The notes under the pieces are model-generated. The model had not been told where the DNA came from and searched no databases. It saw nothing but the letters and a program-made list of their open reading frames with translations. The position numbers were made by a program, and so were the translations under genes. From Callorhinchus milii (lineage: Eukaryota), in the NCBI RefSeq assembly GCF_018977255.1, contig NW_024704743.1:60142001-60206000 (forward strand): DNA of 64,000 nucleotides. Reading direction: 5' to 3'. Positions 39,470 through 51,604 of this stretch are shown piece after piece (the first letter of the stretch is position 1; each line of letters starts with the position of its first letter).

Positions 39470-39890
39470 ATAATAGTCCCTGCATTTGCTATAGCTCTTT
39501 TCATGTTTGGAGGACGTCTCAATGTGCTTCACAGGAGTTAATTGTGGAGTGACTATTAGTGGACGGATGCAGTTTGCACACAGCAATGTTCCGCAACAGC
39601 TTTGAAACAAATGATTAATTTTATTTTGGGATTGTGGACCAGAACATCAGGAAAAACTCCCTTTTCTTTTCACATAGTGCCATGGGATCTTTAACGTTCA
39701 CCTGAATGGGCAGATGGGACCTCGGTTTAACATCTCATCTGAAGGAAAGCACCCCCGACAATGCAACATCCCACCCCCCACCTAAACTGCATGAAATATG
39801 AGCCTAACTGTGAGTTCAAGTCTAAATTTAGAGCTTGAACTCACACCCTTTTGACTCAGAGGTGAGCGCTACCAAATGAGTCAGGCTGAC
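39470..39890 (-). mobile_element. Deu-domain SINE, near full length
   Basis: ATAGTGCCATGGGATCTTTAACGTTCACCTGAATGGGCAGATGGGACCTCGGTTTAACATCTCATC core; tRNA-like head at the right end. Confidence 0.78.
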
Positions 39891-40454
39891 AAAAGTTGAC
39901 TGATACACAAGTACCCCCAAGACCCAAGTGATTCTTTACAAACTGGAGCAGCGTCAGGGCTAATCCTACTCTGAACAATGTCAAAAAATCTGTTTTGAAA
40001 TGCTTTGACATACAGTACCACTATCAATAGCATTCCTAGCAATTGAAATATCGGTCTTTGAAAACTTAATAAAAGAGTGCCTAAAAAACAAGATCTAAAA
40101 AGTGACTTTGTACTGCTCCAGAGGGAACCTTGAAGTTATCCTTGGTATTAAGCTCGGTGGTGCTCACGGGACAAGCATCAGACACCCAGCTGACCAAAGA
40201 GCAACATTGTACCCATGTTCATGATTTTTGGAGGAACAATTTCTATTTGGACAATTGACCTTGGGTCCTGCAGACCAATGACTCCCTCAAATAAAAATCG
40301 GTCATTCACTTTATACCTGTTTGTGGAACACGTGGTGTGCAATTGGCTGCTGCATACACCTAGAAAATAGAGTCACTACACTTTGCAGTATATCCACTGA
40401 AGGGCTCTGAGACGTCCTTGATATCAAATGTAAGGATTTATTGATTATTATGAT

Positions 40455-41640
40455 TGTTATTATTAATCCAAGCCATGCAAAATTCTGGGCAAGACAGATT
40501 TCCAACTGAATGACGAGAAGCTTGCAAAGAGTTCTCTCTCTCCTCTCAAACATTAAAAATATCACTACCTCAGCAGCTAAATATCTGATCAAGAATGATC
40601 AAAAAGGGTATATTGACAGGAATATTTATTGCCTCAATAACCTACACTATACCAAGACAAGTCATTTTGACCCAGCACTGGTGCTCTCTTACAATGCAGA
40701 GAAGATGACATTTGACAATCAATTGGGCATCCAGAAAAGACTGCTGGAGCAGATGAAATTTGAGACATGTTTATGAACTTCATAACCTTACTGTCATTCA
40801 AACCACTCATTCACGGTAGTCAATGGGTAACCACTATACTTCCACCGTCACTGAGGTGCCCAGGAATTATGTTCATTCTTCATCTCTCCCTGCTCACATT
40901 TTTCCAGCTAATTTGGAAGTGCCGCACCAAACAAAAGCAGTTTCCCTGTACGTAGACAATATGTTTCTATACCTTTCACAATACATCTCAAGCTACACTA
41001 GAATGTATGGTAACCTTGTAGGTTACAAACTAAACTTTGCAAAGATGGAAGTGATGCACATGGATGTACAGTGCTTTCAGCATTAAACACACACATCTCT
41101 TCAAAATGATTCCCAATGGGATTCACTCCTACTTACAAAGATATAGAAAAAAAAAGCCAGGTATATTTAAAACCATTCAGGGGACAGGTTCACAATTGAC
41201 AGGTTCAATTGTCCTAGTAAGAAGAAATCTGCACAACCTATTATTATTCCTACTCTAGATGGTTTAATTTTGGGAAACCTTTTCAATGGAAGATGAACAG
41301 ATCATCAGATTGGTCCACAAATGACAAAAGACCAAGAAATAGCTTCAAAAGTTAAAACTACAAGAAAAAAGCAAGCCTCAACCTCCCAAGCTGCCACTGG
41401 TATTGAATGGAACAAATCCAAATAGAAGTGATTTGGGTCATTGCCACACATAAATCACTCATGCCAAAAGCTGGAATAAGTCAGCTACCTATTAATCCAA
41501 ATTGCATATCTAACCTATATTTCAACCAACAAAATATCCTTAATGTAAAACTATGTGGGCCAGTCTGTGCAACATGAAAACATGTCCAATTTTCACAATC
41601 TATTGGGCTCAATGGCATCGCTTATTTGCCATAACCAGAA
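40455..41640 (+). mobile_element. Ancient L1-clade LINE RT relic
   Basis: DQKGYI..RNI..LNNLH, LVLSYNAEK.TFD (cf. LSLDAEKAFD), VSLYVDNMFLYL (cf. SLYADD), GYKLNFAK (cf. GYKLNxxK) in the expected order. Confidence 0.65.
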
Positions 41641-42124
41641 TATTGCAATGGTAGCACATATGAGAAATTACAAAAACACTAGTTCTTTATTTTTATTAAA
41701 TAAAAAATATATATATTTTTAAAAAGACTCTTGAAAGTTCTTGTGCATTCACTGAACCGGGGTGCAAACGGAAATGTTTCTGCTTCTGAAATAACTTCCT
41801 CTGGAGTTGAGCTCCTAAATAAATCACACAAGTCCATACCTGAAATCAGGAGTTTCTTGTCAGAAATAATAGTAGTGACGTAAGGTGAAATGTGCACTAT
41901 AAATACATTAGATAAATCACTCTAGTTACCACATTCCCTCTTGAAACACTGGAGTGGCAAGAGAGTGTTGGAGAGGCTGTAGTGAAGACTGTATTACCTT
42001 ACGCATCCTCTCAGCACGCCAAATCATTCAACACTCCTGGAATAATATGCCAACAAAGAATTATGCCACTCACTTATCCAACACACCATTTGCAGGTCCA
42101 CAATGATCATGCTAAACCGCAATA

Positions 42125-42436
42125 GAGTCCTGTAGCTCAGTGGTTAGAGCACTCGCTTTGCAAGCGAGAGACCTGAGTTCAATTCCAGACAGGGCGAAAC
42201 CTTGGGCAAGTTTCCTTACTCCACACACCTAATAATAATCCCTCCAAAACCAAAAACAATAATAAATTGTTCATTTTCAATCTACGACTGTTTGTGGGAC
42301 ATTGCTGTGCGCAATTGGCTGCCGCGTTCGCCCACAAATATACAGTCAATTCACTTTACAGTGTGTTCTGTGAAGCGCTTTGGGATGTCCTCCCGACGTG
42401 AAAAGCGCTATATCAAATGCAAGGATTATTATTATT
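42125..42436 (+). mobile_element. tRNA-Ala(TGC)-derived SINE (short, young)
   Basis: Anticodon arm CTCGC-TTTGCAA-GCGAG; L2-like tail; (ATT)n. Confidence 0.94.
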
Positions 42437-45400
42437 AATAAAGGTAAACTTTTTGGGCCTACTCTGTTCCGCAACCCTCCAGTGTACTGCACTGTTAATT
42501 CTTCTCAGAAATGTTTGGAACATTATGGAAACAGCCCTTATCTGGAAATGTTTGGGGTGTTCTTAAAGCAGCCTTTTCTGGAAAAGACTCAGGTACTCAA
42601 TAAAGCTGAACCAAAATATGCTGTTCAGAATGTAGTCTGGGCTTATTCTGATGACTGATGATTATGACAGCAACACTCACTACATGAGTAACACACAAAG
42701 CAAAAGGATGTATTGTAAGCCACCCCGGAAGAAGACAGGTACAGAGATGTGGCAAAAAGACCAAGCAAACTACATAAGGATGCTTGTTAAAATTTTCTCT
42801 TCTCTTTTCCCTACAAAGCAAAACATAAATACTAACATAAATTGCCAGAGTAATCTCCACGTCACTCGCAAATGTATACCATGTGCTAAGTTGTTCCACG
42901 TATAATATATGTTGTACACTATAATCAATGCTGCATGTTCAGACACAAACCTAAAATTGCTAACGAAAAATAAAAGTCTTACTTAATCTAGATATCCAAA
43001 TTGTTTTTGAATTTCAAAACTCTCATGTCAATTGGCTACAAAAAAAACATATGTAGCTCAGTTCTACATTCTAAGTCTATTTCTTCCCTCCCATGCCCCC
43101 ACAGCAATTTACTCCTGTTTTCCCACATCTTGACATTTGTTTGCGACTGGTTGAAGCGATCTAAAACTCTCTTGAACAAAGCTGAAAGGCATTTTTAAAT
43201 AAAACACTACACATATGCGATCATTTTATTTGCACGTATGCACCTAAGCAGAATGCATGCAGTTATTGGAATTTTAACTTCATTCAGTCATGCAGTGCCA
43301 AGTCAGAATGACACATACTGTATAAGATGACAACTTGCCTCAGGTGAAAAGGATAACGTGTTCTGGCATGCTGGATGAGCATTGAATCTTGCTCACCCTT
43401 TTAACAGTCAATACTCGCTCAAACTCTTAGTTTGGGCCTTGGGGAAATGTTTTATACTATATTTAAAATATTACTTTGTGATTGTTTTTCTTTATCAGTT
43501 TTATTATAAGCAATTTTAATATATAGAATATAACAAATGATATCTAAAGGCTACAGTAGTCTGTTTTTTTGAGAGTTCAGATAACCAATTATTTTATCAA
43601 CATGTTCAGGAAATTATTAAAACACCCACAAATTATTATCTTCCCTCCCCATTATCATTTTATTCCCATCAGAAATTGAGAATTTTACAGTAAATGTTCG
43701 ATTTTATTCTTGAAATAGACTAGATTTTTAAATTTAATAAATAAAATTGAATTTGAAATGGCTAGCAGATTAAAATTAACAGGATACATCAATAGTTGTC
43801 AGCATCATCAATCTTGATGCAATTTCTCTCACAATCCCCCCATAATTGATTGTTTTAAAAATAATAAATTGATATCATCAACCTCTCCCACTCCTGTGGC
43901 ATAATAGCTACTCTTTCAAACCCACCATCATCACTCTCACCCCCCCCAAACACCTCATTGGATCCAACTATGCTCTCCATCCCAGAGTTCCTCTTCCTTT
44001 CCTGTCTTCAAATTCTGCCTTAAGACCAATCTCATGGATTTCCAAATGTATCAGACATCCAACTGCCTAAAAATAAATTTCTTGTTTAGCACCCTTTGGG
44101 TCCTTTATGCAGGTTAACTTTTTCCATGTCCATCCTCTTACAGTTATAATATTGAAAGATTTTTTGGCATTATGTTTTGCATTTGTTGTTATGTCCCTTT
44201 CCTGTTCTCTTTTAGTTTCTGTATTTTTTAAAACTTTTCTGTACAGTCTTGTATTTATGCTGTCACCCTCTCTTTTCTCCTTACAGTTGAGGAAGTGAGA
44301 TGTGCTTGACCCGAACTTGCCTTCAATACAATCATTTACTTGGACTGGAGCTGGATTTTCTTTCAGCAATGTTTAGAGACGAGAAGTTTAAAATAGAAAA
44401 AGTACAGAAATAGTTTGAATGAAAATTATGTTTCAGTATGGATCACAGAGTGGTGGTTGTGATTTGAACAATTGTTCACAGTGACATCAGCTTTTCATTT
44501 TGATGTTTCCTTAAAATGTGATAAATATTGCACGGTGGTGATGTCAAATGCAAGACAACATTTCTTATTGTAACATCACATAATGTCAATACCTAGGCAA
44601 TCATATAAAACTGGAAGAATTTGCAAATTTAATTTTAAAGAAAATTTAATTTTAAAGAAGTTTGTTGGTTATTCTAGTAAATTATTAGAGGAAAGGTTTA
44701 TTGTAGCCAATTTTAAAAGCAACGACTGGTATGGCAAGATTCTTTGAATATTTAAGTGAAAAATCTTAATTGTGGTTCTGTCAAATGAGAATTAATGATC
44801 TCCTTTGATATGCAGTAAATCACCAGACGATGTTCATGCACAGTATACCAATTGTGAATAATTTCAGCACCAATTACTATATAGTTGTTCTACAGATTAC
44901 AATTTTTTTTTAAATATAATTTATTATAGTACTAAATATCTAAAAGTCTTCAATTGGTTTTTGTTAATATATTTTATGGACTGCTCAAATGAAATGCAAT
45001 GAAAGAAATTAGGTCCCCGAACATGTGATGTTTGCAGAAACAATGATGTCCGGATTATGGTATTCTCTGGGGATGTGGCCAGAATGTTGGACTAAATCCC
45101 AAGTAGCATTTCCCCATCTGTGGGCTGTAATGTAGGCAGAAGGTCTAGCACATTAAAATTGATACAGGTCATCATTATGAATCTTTTAAATAGTTTGCTG
45201 TTCATTTTGTTTGCATACAGCTGGGCCTTTTGAAAGAGAATATTGTTGAGCCTTGAGATTTACATAAAGTTAATAAATGGTATTCCTGGCATCTAGTAAT
45301 ACGGCATGCAACAATTCAAAATACCAAATTATCATCATTTTTTAAATTCACATTGTTTTTAAAAAAATCAAATTTGAACAACTATTCAGTGAACAATCAT

Positions 45401-45539
45401 TGGTATGTACATCATTGCATTTAAAGGCTGAATTGTAAAAGCTTTTGCTGCGTGGTTTGTTGTGTGAATCTTTCCACAAGCATCGCCGTAGGAGTATATC
45501 GGATGATATAAGCCAATAAATCTAAAAGCTAGTATAGAT

Positions 45540-45620
45540 CAGGGTTGTCCAATACATTAGTCACTAGCCGCAAGAGGCAAATTGACAGTCCAGATGTGGC
45601 TAAATTGCATTTTTGATTAA
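45540..45620 (+). mobile_element. hAT-Charlie-type terminus (single end)
   Basis: GTATAGAT followed by CAGGGTTGTCCAA; partner end not found. Confidence 0.35.
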
Positions 45621-47002
45621 CAAATAGAAAATGAGGAATATACACTGTTGGTGGGCATTTGATCTCAATACCCATATTCTCATGGCATATGCCTGTGTAC
45701 TTTGACCTTTTTGTGGCCATTTGTTGTTAAAATGATTAAAAGCAGAGTATTTTTGATCGTTGTGTGTGCTTTACTTCCTTGGTTACTGCTTATTGGTTAT
45801 CTGCTAAAATGGTGTGTAACATGGGTACAAACACCGGATTTCAGTACCATCGAAATACAAGCAATAATGATTGGAGAGAGGAGCTGTCAATCATGGTCAG
45901 CTCAACCAAATGGAATAACCACTCAAGGCAAGCAGAAGGAAGCAAGTCCAGCCAATAAAGGGCAGCTCCAACATGGCACAGCATGGCAAAGGGCAAGCAG
46001 CGTCCCACCGCATTTTGGTTGGAGAGCAGAAGCAGGTCTGGCGCGTCTCGTGAAAGAAAAAGACTGCAAAGGTTTGCACTGAATGGTGCTAATGATTTTT
46101 TAATTAGATGTTTGTTAAGTAAATATATATGTAAACATGCAGGTGAAGTTCATTTTCCTGTGTCGTGTATGTAAGCAGTTTTCTACTAAAATTGGCTAAA
46201 ATGGTGTCACACTTGTGTGGCAAGTCAGTGATTTCTGCGTAAATGATTGTAGTTAGCATTGACTGAATCTAAGAAACAGGTCAACATATCCATGGCATTA
46301 TTCTGTTTTAATTTACAGACAGAGCTGTGATCTTGAAAGGCTCTTACCGTTAATTATTCAAAATGAAACATGTACATTATTTTCAACATTATTATGTACC
46401 CTCGATGTTTTCCAACTAGCATAACTTTTCAGATTGCAGAAAATTCTCTTGCGTACAATGTTTGAGGTTTTAATCTAGTTCAGTTGGTAACACTCTAACC
46501 TCTTGAATCAAAAGGTTGACCTATAAAACTAGTGACACAATCAGGTCAAACAAAATGAAGAAATAAGAGATTATGGAAGAAAACGTAAGCCTATAAAATT
46601 ATTTTCTTAACATACAATTACAGATTTAAAAAATTTCATAGTGATAAGTATTCCAGAACTCTCAATGGTATTATCACTGCAATAGTGTATTTGACAATTC
46701 TGAATTATGACAAGTATGAACTGAAAAGTTTTAAATAAAGGCCAGCGCAAAGGATTCATAATTTCCTGGAAATCATAAACGGAATATCCTTGAGAGGCAA
46801 GTGGAACTAAAATACACCTTTACTTACAGTGGAACCATGCAGTAAAATAACATATTTACACATGATATACCACAGTCGAGCTCCATTTTGGTATTAATTT
46901 AAATTCTAGACTCGACACTTATCACTTCAGTGCTCTGAGAGCAATATAATTAACATGTTAACAAATGGGTTGGTGCACATTCATAAGGTTTTGCCATTTT
47001 AT

Positions 47003-47325
47003 AATAATAATAATCCTTGCATTTGATATAGCACCTTATAAGGTCCCAAAGTGCTTCACAAAATATATTGTAAAGTGGATTGACTGTCTATGTTGTTGGT
47101 GAATTACGCCAGCCAGTTGCACACAGCAGTGTAGCACATACAGCCATGAAATGAGTGATCATTTGCTTGGGGGGCGGGGGTACAATTGCCCCAGAAAGCA
47201 ATCCGCCAATCGACTAACAACTGGGTTCCTACTTACTGCAGAGTCAGGTGGAATAAGGAAACTAGTCCAAGGTTTTGCCCTGCTTGGGAATCAAACTCGG
47301 GTCTTCTCGCTTCTGAGGCGACTCC
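47003..47325 (-). mobile_element. tRNA-derived SINE (long subfamily, diverged)
   Basis: Tail (TAA)n TCCTTGCATTTGATATAG; central GGTTCCTACTTACTGC; head partly deleted. Confidence 0.85.
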
Positions 47326-48189
47326 ACAATTATTATTATTACTTAAACAAGAGGGTTGGTGCACTTTCATAATTCTTGCCCAAGATTTTGCCATTTTATC
47401 CAATAGATTATACCACTGGTTATCACTAAAGGGTTACCATTTAAAACAAAGACCAAATTTCATCTTTGCACAAATTAACCTGATTGAATACTTGTCATAA
47501 TGTAAACACTTGGATATACAGAAATCTTTGTTTTAACATTTGGAAGTAACTAAACTTTATCAACCTGTCTGCGGGTGATTCATTTAATGCATTCCAGATC
47601 AGTTTTGCTTTATAAAATGAATATAGTTACACCAAGCAAAGCTTGGATTTTTTTCCCCAGTTGGACAAAGGAACAATTGCTAAGCCAGCCATTCAAGCAT
47701 CACCTACCAGTTAGCTCCAGGGTGGCACTGACCTGGTACTAGGTCATCTGGAAACTGGGACAAGGCAAAATCATTTTTATACAAAGAAAGAAAACTGTAC
47801 CTTATCCCCTAAGGCTTAGGGTAACAGACTCTCAAAAAGCTTCCAAATTGTGCTTGATTAGATGGTGTAAAATTTCAGCACAATACATAACAGAAAAATT
47901 AGGTCAAGCATCATAAAATCAGAAGAGAGTGAAATGCACAGCCACACCAGCCAAATTTCAAAACAGTGAGCTTGCCTGAGAAAACATAGGTTAAANTTTT
48001 TTTCACACAAATGCAGAATTCATGTTTACTACTTGCCAGTTTATTTCAAAAAGCCAAGGGATTTCTCCCAGCGCCTGGCCAACAATCCTCCCAAATAAAA
48101 TTGTTCATTCTTCTCATGCCATGTTTGTGAGACATTGCTGTGCAAAAATCAGCTGCCTCTTGCCAACGAATACAGTCACTAAACTACGT

Positions 48190-48538
48190 GGAGTCCCATT
48201 GCATAGTACTTGGTGCGCTCGCCTTGCAGGTGAGAGAACCAGATTTGATTCCTGAGTGGGACGAAACCTTAGTCAGGTTTCCTTATGCCTCTGTTTATCT
48301 AGCAGCAAGTAGGAACCTGGTTGTTAGTCAATTGACAGATTGCTTTCCAGGGGTAATAATCCCTCCCGCTGCTGGTCACTCAATCCATGACTGTTTGTGG
48401 GACACTGCTGTGTGCAATTGGCAGCTGCATTTCACCCACAAATTACAGTCAATCGACTTTACAATATATTCTGTGAAGCGTTTTGAGACATCTCAATGAC
48501 GAGACAAGGGGTTATATCAAATACAAGGATTATTATTA
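48190..48538 (+). mobile_element. tRNA-derived SINE (long subfamily) nested in an older Deu-domain SINE (~48050-48630)
   Basis: GCCTCTGTTTATCTAGCAGCAAGTAGGAACCTGG central segment; older SINE body on both sides. Confidence 0.8.
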
Positions 48539-49424
48539 GTAGTATTGTTAAACTTCATGGTGGAACCTTGTGAAATACTTTAAGATATCTTGAATATATG
48601 ATAAAGCACCATATCAAACGTAAGTATTACTAGTGCTAGTGCACAACCCTGATGCTAATAATTGCTCAGCCAAATCAACAAACTGCTGGAGCAGTGGTTT
48701 TAAAACAGCGTTAAGTTATTTATCTGATAGACAGTAAGCACCACTAACAAGGCAATATCTAGAACGTCAAACATTAATGATGTCAGGTGGCATGCAGAAT
48801 TGCTTTATCAAATACTTCTTTCCAGCCCTTCCAATATTTTGACAAAAAGTGCATTTATTTTTGCATCTGTATATAAGATGTTTAAGAGGGGAATCTAATT
48901 TTAATATTGTGAAAGGGTTCAATAAGGTTAGGCTTGTTGTACAGTCTAACCAAGAGACGCAAGTATAAGATAGTGACTAGGAGATCTAAAAGAAAATTTA
49001 GGAGGCACTACTTTAAAGTCAAGGACAATGAGAATGTGGATCTCTCGCCCAAAGCATTGGTAGAATCAAATAATATAGATGCATTGAAAGGAAGCTAGAT
49101 ATAAACAAGGGAGCATGGAATATGGAACAGGATATGGAACGGAGTAAGGAGTCCGTGGAGACTCATGGAATATAAAAGCGGTTCACAGGATGTATTGTAA
49201 AGTGGATTGACTAGTAATTTATGAGCGAAACGCAGCAGCCATGTCCCACAAACAGCCATGGAGTGAGTGATCAATTTTATTTGGAGAATTGTTGGCTAGG
49301 ACTCCGGGAGAACTTCCTTCTCTTTTCAAATAATGTCATAGGATCTTTTAACGTCCAACTAACAAGTTTAACATCTCCTCCAAAGGACGGTACCTCTGAC
49401 AATGCAATACACTCCCAGTAACAA

Positions 49425-50985
49425 TAACAAACCACAAATTACATTTGTATAGTGCCTATCACATCAGGAGGTTGTCCCAAGGCGCTGGACAGTCAAGGAT
49501 TTGGACCCGAGCTGGGATTTAGGATCAGGAAGGGTGGAGGGCAGGGAGGGTAGGGGTAGGAGGGTGACGGAAGGGACGGTTGAAGGGATAGGTCTTGAAG
49601 CAGGCAAGAGAGAGCGCAAGGCAAAGAGACAGTGGGATGGTATTCCAAAGGGTGGGGATAAAGAGGCTGAAGGTCCAACTGCCAATGGTAGGGTGGGCAG
49701 GTTAGGGGACGTGGAGCAGGCCGGAGTCTGCTGAGCAGAGGGAGCGGCCAAGTCTATATGGAGTTAGCAGGTCACAGAGGTAGGGAGGAGCAAAGCTGTG
49801 GAGAGCTTTGAAGACAAGGACTTTGAACTCTATCCTCTGAGGGATGCGGAGCCAGTGGAGCTGGGCGAGGATGGGGGTAATAGGGTCACAGAACTTGGTG
49901 CAGGAGAGGACATGAGCTGAAGAATTCTGAATGATCTGCAGCGTATGGAGGGAAGAGTTGAGAAGACCAACAAACAGGGAGTTGGCGTAGTCAAGCCTGG
50001 ATGTGATGAATGCATGGATGAGAGTTTCGGTAGCCTGAGGGGTGAGGCAGTGGCAGATCTGGATGATGCTGTGGAAGTGGAGGAACGCAGAACAGGTCAT
50101 GGCACGGACATGGGGTAAAAAGAACAGTTGAGTGTCAAACAAAATGCCAAGATTCTGGACTGGCTCAGTGAGGTGTAGAGTGCATCCACGGATGGTGATG
50201 CCGCCAGCGCCTGAAGTGTGGAGGCACTGATGTGAGCCAATCAAGAGGGCCTCAGTCTTGTTGATATTCAAATAGAGAAAGTTAGCTTTCATCCAGGATT
50301 TGATGTCTGACAGACAATCTGTCAGGACAGCAGTGGTTCTGGAGTCAAGGGTGGAGGCAGAGAGATAGAGTGGAGTCCTGTAGCTCAGTGGTTAGAGCAC
50401 TCGCTTTGCAAGCGAGAGACCTGAGTTCAATCCCAGGCAGGTCAGGGCGAAATCTTGGGCAAGTTTCCTTACTCCACACGCCTAATAATAATCCCTCCAA
50501 AACCAAAAAAAAAAACAATAATAAATTGGTCATTTTCTATCTACGACTGTTTGTGGGACATTGCTGTGCGCAATGGCTGCCACTTTCGCCCACAAATATA
50601 CAGTCAATTCACTTTACAGTGTGTTCTGTGAAGCGCTTTGGGACGTCCTCCCGACGTAAAAAGCGCTATATCAAATGCAAAGATTATTATTATTATTATT
50701 ATAGAGTTGGGTATCATCCACATATATGTGGAGGTTGACCCCATGTCTGTGGATGATGCCCAAAAGGCAGCAGGTAGACATTGAAGAGAACCAAGGACCG
50801 GGCCCTGAGGAACACCGAAAGTGACGATACAGGGGCTGGAGGAAAAGCCGTTCATGGAGATGGTGGGAAAGATAGATTTGAACCAGGTTAGGTCAGGATC
50901 ATGAAGATTGAGCTGAGAGGAGAGGCGGATGAGGAGCATAGAATGGTTAACAGTGTCGAAGGTGATAGAGAGATCAAACACTGCA
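49425..50985 (-). mobile_element. L2 RT fragment with tail, interrupted by a SINE
   Basis: 196-aa ORF NFLYLNINKTE..SRLDYANSL..LHWL..RIEFK; upstream DLSITFDTVNH and GVPQGPVLG. Confidence 0.93.
50372..50700 (+). mobile_element. tRNA-Ala-derived SINE (short, young) with 7-bp target-site duplication
   Basis: ATAGAGT at 50365-50371 and 50701-50707 flanks the SINE inside the L2. Confidence 0.94.
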
Positions 50986-51129
50986 TCTTAAGACGATGTA
51001 ATTTCAAGTCCCAACATGATGCATAACCTCCTGTCTAAGAGGCAAGAGTGCTACCACTGTGCCAGGTTGGATTGTACTTTTACAAATAGATCCTACTCAG
51101 GTGGCTAAATTGAAAGCAAGGAAACTGAA

Positions 51130-51346
51130 GTGAGTCTGACATGCCAATGCAGTGCTGGGGTAGTGCTGCATTTTTGGAGGTGCTATCCTTCAGGTGAGAC
51201 GTTAAACTAAGGTTCCATATGCCTGTTCAGGTGAACAACAAAGATCCCACTGCATTACTTAAAAAAAAAGGAGTTTCTCTCAGTGTCCTGATCAATAGCC
51301 CCAAGTAAAATTGGTCATTCACTTCATGGTTGTTTAAGGCTCATAC
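51130..51346 (+). mobile_element. Deu-domain SINE fragment
   Basis: GTGCTGCATTTTTGGAGGTGC..GAGACGTTAAAC..GCCTGTTCAGGTG..AAGATCCC. Confidence 0.7.
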
Positions 51347-51563
51347 TGTAGCAAGGACACCATACCCCCCCCAGATACAGGCAGATACAGAGACTCTCAA
51401 CTACAACACAGGTTTAATTTCGGAGGTGGGGGAACCTATAACAGCAACACAATCACCGTGGAAGGATGCAGGCTTTTGATTAGTGCTCTCACCATGAAAG
51501 GGTGGGCTTTTGATCGGTGCCCACCCCTTACAGACCCATGCCCTCGCAATCCCCCCTTGCTCT
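51347..51563 (-). mobile_element. Possible short LTR with polypurine tract
   Basis: Minus strand: AGAGCAAGGGGGGAT then TG...ATTAAA...CCTTGCTACA. Confidence 0.35.
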
Positions 51564-51604
51564 AAACGTTAACCAAATTTCTACTCACTTACCAATGTTG
51601 AAAC

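Noticed and set aside
42125..42200. Apparent tRNA-Ala genes (also at 7290, 13300, 36597, 50372, 59837)
   Set aside because: Each cloverleaf-like head continues into a SINE body and (ATT)n tail; these are SINE heads, not tRNA genes.
44067..44369. 100-aa Lys-rich ORF on the gene strand (possible alternative exon)
   Set aside because: No recognisable homology, non-ATG start, and no convincing flanking splice pair.
45702..46174. Overlapping ORFs with a hydrophobic stretch and a CCAAT motif
   Set aside because: No recognisable family; compatible with chance ORFs, possibly within a decayed DNA transposon.
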